A DNA stretch of 64,000 nt from positions 2,176,001 through 2,240,000 of the forward strand of contig CAWHIJ010000003.1 in NCBI GenBank assembly GCA_963829525.1, read 5' to 3'. Numbering within the stretch: the first letter of the stretch is position 1; each line of letters begins with the position of its first letter. This stretch comes from an uncultured Actinomycetota bacterium (lineage in GTDB: Bacteria; Actinomycetota; Actinomycetes; JAHEKZ01). Positions 22,693 through 33,529 of the stretch are shown piece after piece. Below the pieces are notes generated by a model. The model searched no databases. It saw only the letters and a list, made by a program, of their open reading frames with translations, and was not told the DNA's origin. The translations under genes were made by a program, and so were the position numbers.

Positions 22693-23901
22693 TCAGTCAC
22701 CGCTCTGGGCACCCAGGACGGCGTCGGCCGTCTGCCGGGCCCACCGATCGGCGTCCAGTACGTCATCAACGGTAAGCGACGAGGCGGTCTGGCTCGACCC
22801 CGATCCGGTTTCGCTGCGGCCAGATAGGCCTCCGAGGTGCTCGTCGAGCACGGCCTCGATAGTGGCGACGATGGCCAGGAATGACGTTCGACCGGCCAGG
22901 AAGCCGGCCACTGCCACCTCATTGGCTGCGTTGAAGACAGCGGGAGCAGTTCCCCCCGCACCGCCGGCGCGTCGGGCCAAGTCGACGGCCGGGAACGCAT
23001 CTGCATCGAGCGGTTCGAACTCCCAGGTGGCCGAACGCGTCCAGTCCAGGGCGGGAGCCGCGTCAGCCACTCGATCGGGCCAGGCGAGCCCAAGGGATAT
23101 CGGGAGCCGCATGTCCGGAGGGCTCGCCTGAACGATGGTCGAGCCATCGACGAACTCAACCATCGAGTGGACGATCGACTGCGGGTGGACGACCACCTCG
23201 ATGCGGTCGAAAGGTATGTCGAAGAGCAAGTGCGCCTCGATCACTTCCAGCCCCTTGTTCACCAACGTTGCGGAGTTCGTGGTGACCAGCGGCCCCATGT
23301 CCCAGGTGGGGTGAGCCAGCGCCTCCGCTGGCGTGACCGCGCCGAGCTCGCTCCGTGCGCGGGTCCGGAACGGCCCGCCACTGGCGGTGAGCACCAGGCG
23401 CCGCACCTCTTCGCGGCGACCGCCACGAAGGCACTGGGCAAGCGCGGAGTGCTCGGAGTCGACCGGGACGATCTGCCCACGCGCCGCCGCAGCCGTGACC
23501 AGCGGCCCCCCGATGATCAGCGACTCCTTGTTCGCAAGCGCCAAACGGCGCCCGGCATCGAGGGCAGCGAGCGTCGGCCGCAGTCCGGCTGCGCCGTCCA
23601 TGCCGTTGAGCACCGTGTCGCACGGCCAGGCAGCGACCTGGCTCGCGGCATCGGGGCCAACCAGAAGCTCGGCGCTGACGCCGTTCGCGTCCAACCTGGC
23701 GCGGACGGCGTCAGCAGCAGTCGGGTCCGCGACTCCGACGACGTCAACTCCGAGGCGGGCAGCCTGGTCGGCGAGCAGCTGCGGGCGCCCTCCCCCGGCT
23801 GCGATCGCGACGACGCGAAAGGCGTCCGGGTTGCGCGAGATGACGTCGATCGCCTGAGTGCCGATCGAGCCGGTCGAGCCGAGGATGGAGACAAGTCGCA
23901 C
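22693..23901 (-). CDS. dxr: 1-deoxy-D-xylulose-5-phosphate reductoisomerase
   Basis: [27 protein letters not shown] and NKGLE motifs. Confidence 0.98.
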   Translation of the reverse strand: MRLVSILGSTGSIGTQAIDVISRNPDAFRVVAIAAGGGRPQLLADQAARLGVDVVGVADPTAADAVRARLDANGVSAELLVGPDAASQVAAWPCDTVLNGMDGAAGLRPTLAALDAGRRLALANKESLIIGGPLVTAAAARGQIVPVDSEHSALAQCLRGGRREEVRRLVLTASGGPFRTRARSELGAVTPAEALAHPTWDMGPLVTTNSATLVNKGLEVIEAHLLFDIPFDRIEVVVHPQSIVHSMVEFVDGSTIVQASPPDMRLPISLGLAWPDRVADAAPALDWTRSATWEFEPLDADAFPAVDLARRAGGAGGTAPAVFNAANEVAVAGFLAGRTSFLAIVATIEAVLDEHLGGLSGRSETGSGSSQTASSLTVDDVLDADRWARQTADAVLGAQSGD

Positions 23902-23940
23902 ACCTGCAGTCTGGCAGTGCCGGAGCAGGCTCTGCTCGGG

Positions 23941-25295
23941 CTACCCATGCGGTGGTGGGTCGGGGTTGGTGTATTGCCAGGGTTGGGTGAGGTAGGTGCG
24001 TCCGGTGGGGGTGGTCCAGGTCATGGTGCCGGTGGGGTGGAGTTCGGCGTTCCATCCGGGGGTGTGTTTGAGGCGGTGGTGCCGCCGGCACAAGACAGCG
24101 AGGTTGGTCGCTGCGGTGGGGCCTTGCGGCCAGGGCACGGTGTGGTCGAGGTCGGTGCCGGAGCTGTCGGCGGAGCGGCGGCAGCCGGGGAACCGGCAGG
24201 TCACATCCCGGGCGCGGACGGCCCGGTCCAGCCCTGCCGACGGCCGGTAGCGGTTCTCGGCTAGGTCGGTCAGGATCCCGGTGGTCGGGTCGGTCAGCAA
24301 CCGCCGGAAGGTCACATGGGATCCCACTCCGACGCCGGCACCGCCAGTGCCAGCTCGTCACCAGCCGTTTCACGGTCACCGGTTCCTGCACCGGTTGCGA
24401 TGAGCTCGTTGATTTCGGTGGCGGTGACCGGTCCCAGTCCGGGAACCCAGCCGGGTTGGTCGCTGTCTCCGGTGATCGTGTCGGCGGGCACGATCACCTG
24501 CAGGTTCACCGCCGGTGGCTGGGTGCGTCCGAGGAGCAGGTCGACCATCGTGTCGGCGCGGCGTTGGTCCATGGTCCGGGCATCACCGCTGCGCCCAGCT
24601 GCTGGGCGCAGCTGGTCAGGGCTTGTCTGGATCTGTCGGGCCTGCACCGCGGGGAGCAGCGCCCACAGCTCGCTCATGCCGTCCTCGCCGGGGGTGATGA
24701 CCACCCGCCGGTCGGCTACAGCGCGTTGCCGGCGTTCCTCGGCCGCTTCAGGGTCGGCGGCGATCACCTTCCGGCGCAGCCACTCCCGCAGCTGCGGCGC
24801 GGTCCGGGACCTGCCGGGCTCGGTGGCGTAACCGACGGCATCGGCGGCGACCTGCTGCGGCGGTGACCGGGTCCAGAGGCAGGGGCGACCTGCTCGACGA
24901 TCACCGCGACCTTGCGGGCATCGACCCGGCCGGCCCGCCACGCCGCAGCGACCACCGGCAGGCCGGCGACCCGGCACGCAGTGTCATACCGGGCCACCGC
25001 GGCCATCTTCGTCCACCCCAGCAGCACCCCGATCTCATCGGGAACATACGTTTCGCGGCACTGCTGCGACCACATCGGCTCACCACCGGCGACCACTTCA
25101 GCCTGGTCAGCGGCCCGCGCCCGGACCCCCATCTGCACCATCGCGTCAGCCTGAATCGCCTGCAGCATCGCCACGGCGCGTTCGCACTCGACCACCCGAT
25201 CCCGGAGCGCATCATCACCGAGCCGCGCGACCGGCATCGCAGCATCGAGCAGGCCGATCAACCTGCTCGACGATGCTGACCGTGGACGAGTTCAT
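23941..25295 (-). pseudogene. DUF222 + HNH endonuclease (Rv1128c/13E12-repeat-like) gene with multiple frameshifts
   Basis: The protein can only be followed by switching frames: MNSSTVSIVEQ/LIGLLDAA..., DPEAAEERRQRAVADRRV, DARTMDQRRAD, RARDVTCRFPGC, DLDHTVPW, NLAVLCRRHHRLKH, WTTPTGRTY. Confidence 0.8.
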
Positions 25296-25441
25296 GCACC
25301 ACACTCTGCCAGCCACCACCGACAAGACACCGACGAGTTTCCCCAGGCCACGCCTGGGAAAACGAGCGCCATGGACCTGCGCACTCGAAAGCAGCGATGC
25401 CATGTGGGAAACAGACTGTGGCCCACATGGCGCCCCTACCT

Positions 25442-27694
25442 CTAAACCAGTGCCGGCTCGCGGTCCCGCTGGTTCCCGTCGTCATCGGGCCGCTCGTCAC
25501 CAGCAGCGCCGGACCGCTCGTCACCAGCAGCGCCGGGCAGCTCCACACGTGCAGGAGCCGGAAGCTCGGAGACCTCACGGATTCCGAACCGCTCCCAGAA
25601 ACGGAGCATCGGGGCAGGCGCCCACCAGTTCCAGCGACCGAGTAGACGCATCGTCGCCGGCACCAGGAAGGCGCGCACGATCGTGGCGTCGATGATGACT
25701 GCCACTGCAAGTCCGACACCAATCATCTGGATGAAGGTGATGCCGCTTGTGGCAAAAGATCCTGCGACGACCACGAACAAGAGTGCCGCGCTCGTGATGA
25801 TCCGTCCGGTGCGCTGCAGCCCACGGGCGACAGCTGCCGTGTTGTCACCGGTGCGGTCCCACTCCTCACGGATGCGACTGAGGAGGAATACCTCGTAGTC
25901 CATCGAGAGTCCAAAGACCATCGCGAACATCAGCACAGGCTGCGTGGCCTCCAAGGTTCCCGTCGAGGTGAAGCCGAGCAACCCCTCGAGCTTGCCCTGC
26001 TGGAAGCCCCAAACCAGGATGCCGAACGTCGCCGAGAGCGAGAGCACGTTCATCACGATCGCCTTGAGCGGCAAGATGACTGACCCGAATGCAAGGAAGA
26101 GGAGAACGAAGGTCACCACCACGATGTAGCCGAGCGCCCATGGGAGGCGGTCGCCAATCCCAGCCAGCAGGTCGACCAACCGAGCGGTCTCTCCGGTCAC
26201 CGTCATCTCTGCGCCAGCCGGAAGCTCGGCATCGAATGCGCGAACGTCGCTCACGATCTGCTGGACGGAGTCCTCAGATGACTCTCCTCGGTACGCCAGC
26301 GACACGATCGCAGCGTCGCCCTCGGTCGCGGTCACGGTGGCCGAAGTGACACCTGGAACGTCGGCCAGTGCTTGCGTCGCAGCGTTCACGCCAGCCTCGT
26401 CCACGCCTTGCAGAACGACGTCGATCGGAGCAGCCGATGCGCTCGGGAACTGCTCGGCGAGCAGGTCCGACGCCACCCGGCTCTCAGCATCCGCGGGGAG
26501 AACACGAGCATCTACTCCGCCGAAGGCCACCTGGAAGAAGGGTGCTCCGAGAACGGCAAGCAGAGTCACCGTCACGCCGGTCACGATGATCGGTCGCCGC
26601 ATGACCCAATGAGCCAACCGCGCCCAGCGTCCATCGTCAGAGGTACTGGCTGTCGCCTGACCACGACGCCACGGCAGCCTCAGCGAGTCGACCCGGTGCC
26701 CCATGACGGCGAGCAACGCCGGCAGCGTGGTGAGTGCAGCAGCAACCGCCATGACGACAGCTGCGATGCCGCCGAGCCCCATCGACTGCAAGAAGTTCAT
26801 CGGGAAGAGCAGGAGGGCACCCAAGGACACGGCGACCGTCAAGCCAGAAACAGCCACGGTACGGCCAGCTGTTGCCATCGTACGTGCGACCGCGTCCTCA
26901 ACCTCGAATCCCGCGGCCAACTCCTCACGGAAGCGACTGACCACGAACAGCGCGTAGTCAATGGCAAGGCCGAGGCCGAGCAGCGTGACGATGTTGACGG
27001 CGAAGACGCTGACGTCGCCGAACTGAGTAGCGACGTTGAGCAACGTGAACGCGCCGAGGATCGAGATCCCGCCAACCGCCAGCGGCAGGCTGGCCGCGGC
27101 AAGGCTGCCGAAGACGATCACGAGGAGCAGCAACAGAATCGGGAATGAGAATGACTCGGCCCGCGCCAGGTCATTCTCGATCTGTGAGTTGATGTCGACG
27201 AACGTGGGCACCTGGCCGCCACGGTAGGAATCCACGCCGGGAACGACCAACGAGTCGGCCACGGCCAGGTAGGACTCCTCGCGCTCGGCATCGGTGCTTC
27301 CCGCCAACGCAAGGGTCGCGAAGGTGGCGCCGCCGTCGTCGGAGACGAACCCTGGGGCACCTCCGGTGCTCCAGTAGGACGTCACCGAAGTCACCTCTGA
27401 CAACGGAAGCGCGTTGAGCGCCGACTCGACTGCACCACCGAAGGCTGGGTCATCGATCGTCGCTCCCGCATCCTGATACACGACAACGACGTCTCCGGTC
27501 ACGTGCCCAAAGGTCGTGTCGACCAACGCAGCCGTAACCGTCGACTCTGCCTTGGGGTCTTCGAACCCACCGTCCGACAGCGACCCGAAGACTCCGGTCC
27601 CCCAGCCGATGGCGACGGCGACGAAGAGGCCGGTCAGAGCGAGCACCGCCCGGCGGCGGCGGTACGTGAAGTGTCCAAGTCGTTCGAAGAGCAT
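25442..27694 (-). CDS. MMPL family RND transporter
   Basis: Two MMPL repeats with GLAIDYALF, FGLSMDYEVFLLSRIRE and DATIVR...VPA...LLGRWNWWAP. ATG at 27694. Confidence 0.95.
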   Translation of the reverse strand: MLFERLGHFTYRRRRAVLALTGLFVAVAIGWGTGVFGSLSDGGFEDPKAESTVTAALVDTTFGHVTGDVVVVYQDAGATIDDPAFGGAVESALNALPLSEVTSVTSYWSTGGAPGFVSDDGGATFATLALAGSTDAEREESYLAVADSLVVPGVDSYRGGQVPTFVDINSQIENDLARAESFSFPILLLLLVIVFGSLAAASLPLAVGGISILGAFTLLNVATQFGDVSVFAVNIVTLLGLGLAIDYALFVVSRFREELAAGFEVEDAVARTMATAGRTVAVSGLTVAVSLGALLLFPMNFLQSMGLGGIAAVVMAVAAALTTLPALLAVMGHRVDSLRLPWRRGQATASTSDDGRWARLAHWVMRRPIIVTGVTVTLLAVLGAPFFQVAFGGVDARVLPADAESRVASDLLAEQFPSASAAPIDVVLQGVDEAGVNAATQALADVPGVTSATVTATEGDAAIVSLAYRGESSEDSVQQIVSDVRAFDAELPAGAEMTVTGETARLVDLLAGIGDRLPWALGYIVVVTFVLLFLAFGSVILPLKAIVMNVLSLSATFGILVWGFQQGKLEGLLGFTSTGTLEATQPVLMFAMVFGLSMDYEVFLLSRIREEWDRTGDNTAAVARGLQRTGRIITSAALLFVVVAGSFATSGITFIQMIGVGLAVAVIIDATIVRAFLVPATMRLLGRWNWWAPAPMLRFWERFGIREVSELPAPARVELPGAAGDERSGAAGDERPDDDGNQRDREPALV
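25490..25536. repeat. 24-bp-period tandem duplication in the MMPL C-terminal tail
   Basis: CCGCTCGTCACCAGCAGCGCCGG at 25490-25512 and 25514-25536, encoding GAAGDER twice. Confidence 0.85.
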
Positions 27695-27749
27695 GTCGAG
27701 CCCCTTTCGGGCGGCCGAGGCGGTACCGTGGTGATACATCATCACGAGA

Positions 27750-27798
27750 GTGAACGTTGTTTACCGTTGTCTGTCACTACTATGCAAACGGTGTACAC
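27750..27798. promoter_or_regulatory. Candidate TetR operators in the MMPL/TetR divergent promoter
   Basis: Imperfect palindromes GTGAAC-GTT-GTTTAC (27750-27764) and GCAAAC-GGT-GTACAC (27784-27798) in an AT-richer spacer. Confidence 0.55.
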
Positions 27799-27861
27799 TT
27801 TTGTCAAGACCATTCACCAAAGTCGGAAGCAAACACCGTGTCAGCGAGCGAGGAGGCCGAG

Positions 27862-28641
27862 ATGAGCGCCATCGAGGCAGCACCACCGACGGCAGCACCA
27901 CCGCCCGCTGGCCCTACCCGTCGCGAGCGGCTCCGCGAGCAGACGCGCGCCGAGATCAAGGCCGCAGCGAGGGCCCAGTTGGTCGCAGGCGGGCCTGCCG
28001 GGATCCAACTTCGAGCCGTCGCCAGGGATGTCGGGCTCACCGCCCCCGCGCTCTACCGCTACTTCCCGAGCCTGGAAGACCTGATCGAATCGGTCACGGT
28101 CGACCTGTTCGACGAGCTCTGTGATGCCATGGAGGCTTCGGCCGCCGCTGTCACCGACCCCTTCGACCGCATGCTGGCGCTGAGCCGAGGCTTTCGCGGG
28201 TGGGCGATGGCGCACCCGCACGAGTTTGGTCTGCTCTTCGCCATTGCACCGACGGCGCTCGGTCAGCAGCCGTCTAACGCATGCCAGAAAGCAAGCGACA
28301 GGTTCGGCAACCTCTTCGCCAGCGCTTTCATCGAAATGTGGGACGCGAATCCCTTTCCCGTACCGGCTGATGACGTTGTCGCCAAAGATCTGCGCGCGGG
28401 CCTCGATCCCTACTGGACTTGGCTGACGGCAAACGTCGCACCCGACATGCCCGTCGGCGCAGTTGTGACGTTCCTCGAGGGATGGGTCCGCATCTTTGGC
28501 TGCGTTGCCATGGAGGCGTTCGGCCACCTGTCGTGGGCGCTGCCTGACGGCGAGCCGATGTTCGAACAGGTCATGCGCAGTCTCGCTGAACTCGTGCACC
28601 GGCCGGACGCCTACCGGCCACCCACGCGTCCTAGAGCGTGA
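27862..28641 (+). CDS. TetR/AcrR family transcriptional regulator
   Basis: RRERLREQTRAEIKAAA...LRAVARDVGLTAPALYRYF helix-turn-helix; divergent from MMPL. Confidence 0.93.
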   Translation: MSAIEAAPPTAAPPPAGPTRRERLREQTRAEIKAAARAQLVAGGPAGIQLRAVARDVGLTAPALYRYFPSLEDLIESVTVDLFDELCDAMEASAAAVTDPFDRMLALSRGFRGWAMAHPHEFGLLFAIAPTALGQQPSNACQKASDRFGNLFASAFIEMWDANPFPVPADDVVAKDLRAGLDPYWTWLTANVAPDMPVGAVVTFLEGWVRIFGCVAMEAFGHLSWALPDGEPMFEQVMRSLAELVHRPDAYRPPTRPRA

Positions 28642-30085
28642 TCCCGGTCAACACCATGACCCGCTCTTCGGTGAAGTCGGTCATGGCGTAGGCGACGCCC
28701 TCGCGTCCGACACCGGACTCCTTCACCCCGCCGTAGGGCATCTGGTCGGCGCGGTAGCTCGGCACATCACCGATGATCACACCGCCGACGTGCAGCTCGG
28801 CGAAGAAGCGGAAGGCAGTCTGGGTGTCCTTGGTGAACACTCCGGTCTGCAGTCCGAACCGCGAGTCGTTGACCGCAGCGATGGCACCGTCGACGCCGTC
28901 GACGGGCGCGAGAACAACGACCGGGCCGAAAACTTCCTCGCTCCACACCTTGGCATCCTCGGGGACGTCGACGAGTACCGCCGGCGAGACCGATGCTCCG
29001 TGGCGCACTCCACCGGTGAGCAGCTTGGCGCCACCATCGACTGCCTCGTCGATCCAGGAGACAACGCGCACCGCGGCGTTCTCGTCAACAAGCGGTCCGA
29101 CTTCGGTTGCTGCGTCAACAGAGTCGCCGGTGACCAGCTTGTCGACTTCGCTCACCACTCGTGCAACAACGTCTTCGTAGATTGGGCGGTCCACCAGCAC
29201 TCGCTGTACCGAGATGCAGGACTGTCCGGCCTGGTAGTTGGCGAACATTGCGATGCGTTCCGCCGCCCATGCGATGTCCTTCTCGGCGCCGAAGTCCTCG
29301 AGCACCACGGCAGCGGCGTTGCCGCCGAGCTCGAGAACGACGTGCTTGTGCGGCACCGCCTCACGGATTGAGTATCCGATGGGCGCCGATCCGGTGAACG
29401 AGATGATCGGCAGCCGGGGGTCGGCAACGAGCGACGGCATTCGGTCGTTCGGTACTGGAAGCACCGACCACATCCCGGGCGGCAGGTCGGTCTCGGCAAT
29501 CAGCTCACCGAGCGCCAAGGCAGACAGCGGCGTCGCCGGCGCCGGCTTGATGAGAATGGGAGCGCCAACCGCGAGCGCCGGTGCCACCTTGTGAGCAACG
29601 AGGTTGAGCGGAAAGTTGAAGGGAGCGATCCCGAGCACCGGGCCTTTCGGCACTCGCTTGACCAGTGCCAACCGACCATCGGCAGCAACTTCGGTGTCGA
29701 GGCGTTGCACATCCCCGCTCCAGCGCCTGGTCTCCTCAGACGCCCACCGGAAGACGCTGGCTGCCCTCGTCACCTCGATGCGTGCCCACTTGATCGGCTT
29801 GCCGTTCTCAGCAGTGATCAGTCCAGCGATCTCCTCTCGGCGTTCGAGCAGGCGAGCGGCCACATGCGCGAGCGCGTCGGCGCGCTGTCCCAAGGTGAGC
29901 CGCTGGGCCTCGGCCTGGGCATGGTCAAGCGCGGAGACGGCCTCCTCGACCTGCGCGTCCGAGGGCACACTGACACTGGCCACCAGCTGACCGTCGGGGC
30001 CTCGGACGTCGATCTGCTCCTCACCAAGAGCTGGACGCCCGGCGAGCCAAAATGGCACCGGACCTGAGGGCGAATCAGTCGACAT
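28631..30085 (-). CDS. Aldehyde dehydrogenase family protein
   Basis: PFNFP, FTGS, LELGG, AGQSC, EEVFGP and PYGGVKESG motifs; AAGGAG SD before ATG 30085. Confidence 0.93.
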   Translation of the reverse strand: MSTDSPSGPVPFWLAGRPALGEEQIDVRGPDGQLVASVSVPSDAQVEEAVSALDHAQAEAQRLTLGQRADALAHVAARLLERREEIAGLITAENGKPIKWARIEVTRAASVFRWASEETRRWSGDVQRLDTEVAADGRLALVKRVPKGPVLGIAPFNFPLNLVAHKVAPALAVGAPILIKPAPATPLSALALGELIAETDLPPGMWSVLPVPNDRMPSLVADPRLPIISFTGSAPIGYSIREAVPHKHVVLELGGNAAAVVLEDFGAEKDIAWAAERIAMFANYQAGQSCISVQRVLVDRPIYEDVVARVVSEVDKLVTGDSVDAATEVGPLVDENAAVRVVSWIDEAVDGGAKLLTGGVRHGASVSPAVLVDVPEDAKVWSEEVFGPVVVLAPVDGVDGAIAAVNDSRFGLQTGVFTKDTQTAFRFFAELHVGGVIIGDVPSYRADQMPYGGVKESGVGREGVAYAMTDFTEERVMVLTGITL

Positions 30086-30153
30086 GGGACTCCTTAGACA
30101 GGTGGACACCCTTCACGCTAGGCGGCGACCAGGGCTGTCTCATTGTGCAGATT

Positions 30154-30179
30154 GGCCAATTGAACGCAGTCAATTGGCC
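30154..30179. promoter_or_regulatory. Perfect 10-bp inverted repeat between pucR and the aldehyde dehydrogenase gene (operator or hairpin)
   Basis: GGCCAATTGA-ACGCAG-TCAATTGGCC. Confidence 0.5.
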
Positions 30180-30236
30180 TCGTTGGACATTTCCCAACCT
30201 GCGGCTGATCACACCACCACGATCACCGCACCACGA

Positions 30237-31751
30237 TCATTCAGTGGCGTCGGCTGCGTCCCGGTCGCGCACCGCCAGCGCCACCCAGAGCTCTGCGCGC
30301 AGATCCGGATCGTTCAGCGAGCGCTCCAACAGATCCTCTACCCGTTTCATCCGGTAGCGGAGCGTGTGGCGGTGCACGCCGAGCGTCGTGGCGGCGGCGT
30401 CCCACTGACCGTGGTGGGCCAGCCAGGCCCGTACGGAGGCAACCAGGTCGCCCCGCTCCCGGCTCTCCAGCGGCCCAAGCAGCGCGTCGGCGAAGCCGCG
30501 AGCTGCCTCCTCGTCGACCAGACCGACGAGGCCGTCCCTGGCCAGGTCACCGAAGAAGCGGGTGCCGCTTGCCCCTGCAGCCGCAAGAGCGCGGCGACCC
30601 TGTCGGAGGCCGTCACCGAGAGCGGCGACGGGCACAACATCACTGATGCCCCAGGCAATCGTTCCCGTTGTCGTACCCGGGGCGGGGATCGGTGGTGTAG
30701 GTGGCCCGGCAGCGGGCTGCAGCACCACCACGCGACCCTCGTACAGGGCCGCCCCGCGCCACCCATCGGCCGCGTCGAACTCTTCGACCTGCTCCACGAG
30801 CGCCAGCAGGTCGGCCGCGAGTCCATCAGCGACAAGGACGCGGACGGGCCCGGCCAGCAGCTCATCCCAGCCCACCCCGGCGACAGGAAGTCGCTCGACG
30901 GGGATGCCGTCGGCGAGCAGCGCCAGCAGCGCCGAACGCAACTCTCGCCGGGCCGTGTCGGTGCCGATTGACCGCTCCATCGCGAGCGAGACCAGGGCAA
31001 CACCCACGTTGACCAGGGCGAGATCTGCTGTCGCGAACGGCTCAGGCCTAGCCACAGCCAGGAAGCCGCGTATTCGACCCGCTGGTGCGAGCGGCTGCAG
31101 GACTAGGTGGTGCCGGTCCACCTCGATCGCAGCTGAGCTGCGCGGACCTCGCTCACGCATCCTCTCGACCTCAGTCCCGAGCGCCTCCACCCAGCTGGCC
31201 GCCTCGCGCGGCGCAGCGTGGAGCAGACGTCCGGCAGGGTCTAGGAGCACCAGGTCGGCGTTGAGCACGACGGAGAGCCTGGCCACGACAGCGGCCGCAC
31301 CCTCTGGTGCGAGAGCGGCCCTGGTCAGGTCACGTTGCGCCTCCACCGTTCGCGTCACGGCCTCGTACTCAGCGGCCGCCAGGAGGTCGGAGATGGCGCG
31401 GCTGACCGCCATGAACGGCGTTGGTTCGGGCACTTCCAGCAGCGGGAGTCCGGCCGCGTCGGCCGCCGCCACCAGGTCGGCCGGGACACGGTCGTGGGTC
31501 AGACCGACACCGATGCCGACCGCACTCACACCCGCCCGACTGAGCCGGTCGACGAAGCCCGACCAGTCGTCGTCGCCGAGCCGTAGCCCCGTCGTCAGAA
31601 GCAGTTCACCCCCGTCGAGGTAAGGCGTCGGGTCCTCGAGCTCGCTGACCGCCACCCATCGCACCGGGGCATCGATCGCCTGCCGGCCGGCCCGCAGCAC
31701 GAGGGCGAGCGAGGGGATGTCGAGGATCGTTCGTACTGTTGGGCGAGCCAC
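30237..31751 (-). CDS. PucR family transcriptional regulator
   Basis: VRWVAVSELEDPTPYLDGGELLLTTG N-domain and LGVHRHTLRYR HTH. GTG 31751 follows GGAGG; divergent from gabT. Confidence 0.93.
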   Translation of the reverse strand: MARPTVRTILDIPSLALVLRAGRQAIDAPVRWVAVSELEDPTPYLDGGELLLTTGLRLGDDDWSGFVDRLSRAGVSAVGIGVGLTHDRVPADLVAAADAAGLPLLEVPEPTPFMAVSRAISDLLAAAEYEAVTRTVEAQRDLTRAALAPEGAAAVVARLSVVLNADLVLLDPAGRLLHAAPREAASWVEALGTEVERMRERGPRSSAAIEVDRHHLVLQPLAPAGRIRGFLAVARPEPFATADLALVNVGVALVSLAMERSIGTDTARRELRSALLALLADGIPVERLPVAGVGWDELLAGPVRVLVADGLAADLLALVEQVEEFDAADGWRGAALYEGRVVVLQPAAGPPTPPIPAPGTTTGTIAWGISDVVPVAALGDGLRQGRRALAAAGASGTRFFGDLARDGLVGLVDEEAARGFADALLGPLESRERGDLVASVRAWLAHHGQWDAAATTLGVHRHTLRYRMKRVEDLLERSLNDPDLRAELWVALAVRDRDAADATE

Positions 31752-31966
31752 CGGACCTCCGATGCTGGTCGGTTCTGAGCACGACTCATCTGGTCCCTCT
31801 GAGCGCCCACGGGCCTCGTGGACGGCTTGGCCCATAGTAGCTACTAAGTTGTCCATTTCGGCGCGGAGGCACAGGTTGCCATATCGCCTTACAGTGGCGG
31901 TACGAGCCAGAGGTACCGGGACGACGTCCGGTCACCGGCCCACTTCACCTGAAAGCGAGTCCGACC

Positions 31967-33340
31967 ATGTCAGCACCTACGAGCGCGACCACCCAGGTCA
32001 CCGGGGGGCCAGGCCTGCCGCAAGAGCGCCGACTGGTCACCGCCATCCCCGGTCCGAGGTCGGTTGAGCTGCTGGCCCGCAAGAAGGCTGCCGTCTCCGA
32101 TGGAGTTGGCACCGTCCTTCCGATCTTCATCAAGGCAGCCGGCGGCGGCGTCCTCGTCGACGTTGACGACAACAGCCTGATCGACCTCGGAGCGGGTATC
32201 GCAGTTGTCAACGTCGGCAACGCTGCTCCAACGGTGGTCGCGAACATCCAGGAGCAGGCGGCCGCCTTCACCCACACCTGCTTCATGGTGACGCCCTACG
32301 AGGGGTACGTCGCCGTCGCCGAACAGCTCAACCGGCTCACACCAGGCGCCCACGCCAAGAAGACAGCGCTCTTCAACTCCGGCGCCGAGGCCGTCGAGAA
32401 CGCGGTGAAGATCGCCAGGTACGCGACCGGCCGTCCGGCCGTCGTCGTCTTCGAGCACGCCTACCACGGGCGTACCAACCTCACCATGGCGCTTACGGCG
32501 AAGTCGATGCCGTACAAGTACAACTTCGGCCCGTTCGCCGGCGAGATCTACCGCGTCCCGCTCTCCTACCCCTTCCGTTGGCCAACTGGCCCCGAGAATG
32601 CTGGAAGCGAGGCTTTGGAGCAGGCCATCAGCAAGATTGAGAAAGAGATCGGTGCCGACCAGGTCGCCGCAATCTTGATCGAGCCGATCGCCGGCGAAGG
32701 CGGATTCATCGTTCCCGGGGAAGGATTCCTGCCAGGTTTGGCCGACTACGCCAAGGCGAACGGCATCGTCTTCATTGCCGACGAGGTCCAGACGGGGTTC
32801 GCCCGCACCGGCGAGATGTTTGCCTGTAACCACGAGAACGTCGTACCGGACATCATCACCACGGCCAAGGGGATCGCCGGCGGGATGCCGCTGGCCGGTG
32901 TGACCGGCCGTGCCGACCTCATGGACGCAGTTCATGTCGGAGGCCTTGGCGGAACCTACGGCGGCAACCCGGTCGCCTGTGCGGCGGCTCTGGGCGCCAT
33001 CGCGGCGATCGAGGACCAAGATCTTGTCGGTAAGGCCCGCCGAATAGGCGAGATCATGCTGCCCCGCCTCGCTGAGATGCAGGCCAAATACCCGATCATC
33101 GGCGACATTCGCGGACGCGGGGCGATGATCGCTGTTGAGCTGGTCAAGCCCGGGACTCTCGAGCCCGCCACCGAGCAGCTCGCGGCCATCGTCAAGCACT
33201 GCCACGCTGACGGTGTGCTCGTGCTCACAGCCGGCACCTACGGAAACGTGCTGCGTTTCCTCCCTCCGCTGACGATGCCCGAGCCACTGCTCGACGAGGC
33301 AATGGCAATCCTCGAGAAGGCCTTCGCGTCGGTCTCCTGA
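31967..33340 (+). CDS. gabT: 4-aminobutyrate (or 5-aminovalerate) aminotransferase
   Basis: FTHTCF, NSGAEAVENAVK, YHGRT, ADEVQTGFARTG, TAKGIAGG and GGTYGGNP motifs. Confidence 0.92.
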   Translation: MSAPTSATTQVTGGPGLPQERRLVTAIPGPRSVELLARKKAAVSDGVGTVLPIFIKAAGGGVLVDVDDNSLIDLGAGIAVVNVGNAAPTVVANIQEQAAAFTHTCFMVTPYEGYVAVAEQLNRLTPGAHAKKTALFNSGAEAVENAVKIARYATGRPAVVVFEHAYHGRTNLTMALTAKSMPYKYNFGPFAGEIYRVPLSYPFRWPTGPENAGSEALEQAISKIEKEIGADQVAAILIEPIAGEGGFIVPGEGFLPGLADYAKANGIVFIADEVQTGFARTGEMFACNHENVVPDIITTAKGIAGGMPLAGVTGRADLMDAVHVGGLGGTYGGNPVACAAALGAIAAIEDQDLVGKARRIGEIMLPRLAEMQAKYPIIGDIRGRGAMIAVELVKPGTLEPATEQLAAIVKHCHADGVLVLTAGTYGNVLRFLPPLTMPEPLLDEAMAILEKAFASVS

Positions 33341-33379
33341 GCTCCACCGCCTAACCGAGTCTGGCTCAGCCGTGCTCAC

Positions 33380-33395
33380 TCACCCGGACGGCGTA
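33380..33395 (+). promoter_or_regulatory. TCACCC-N3-YGGC motif (BldM/WhiI-like site) upstream of the EAL-GAF gene
   Basis: TCACCCGGACGGCGTA, with related copies at 39339-39354 and 41068-41083. Confidence 0.4.
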
Positions 33396-33529
33396 GCGTT
33401 GGGTATGGCGACGCTGCGTTAGGCCCTGACCTCTAGTCCCACCTTGTGCGTGCGGCTTTACCTGTTGGGGCGAACTGCCGACACTTGTACGGGGTTGTGC
33501 CAACGCTTGGGATGAGGTGAACGGAGCCG

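Noticed and set aside
21329-25536. Short direct repeats as a possible CRISPR array
   Set aside because: There are only two adjacent copies each, with no spacers and no cas genes. No CRISPR, tRNA or rRNA gene was recognised anywhere in the window.
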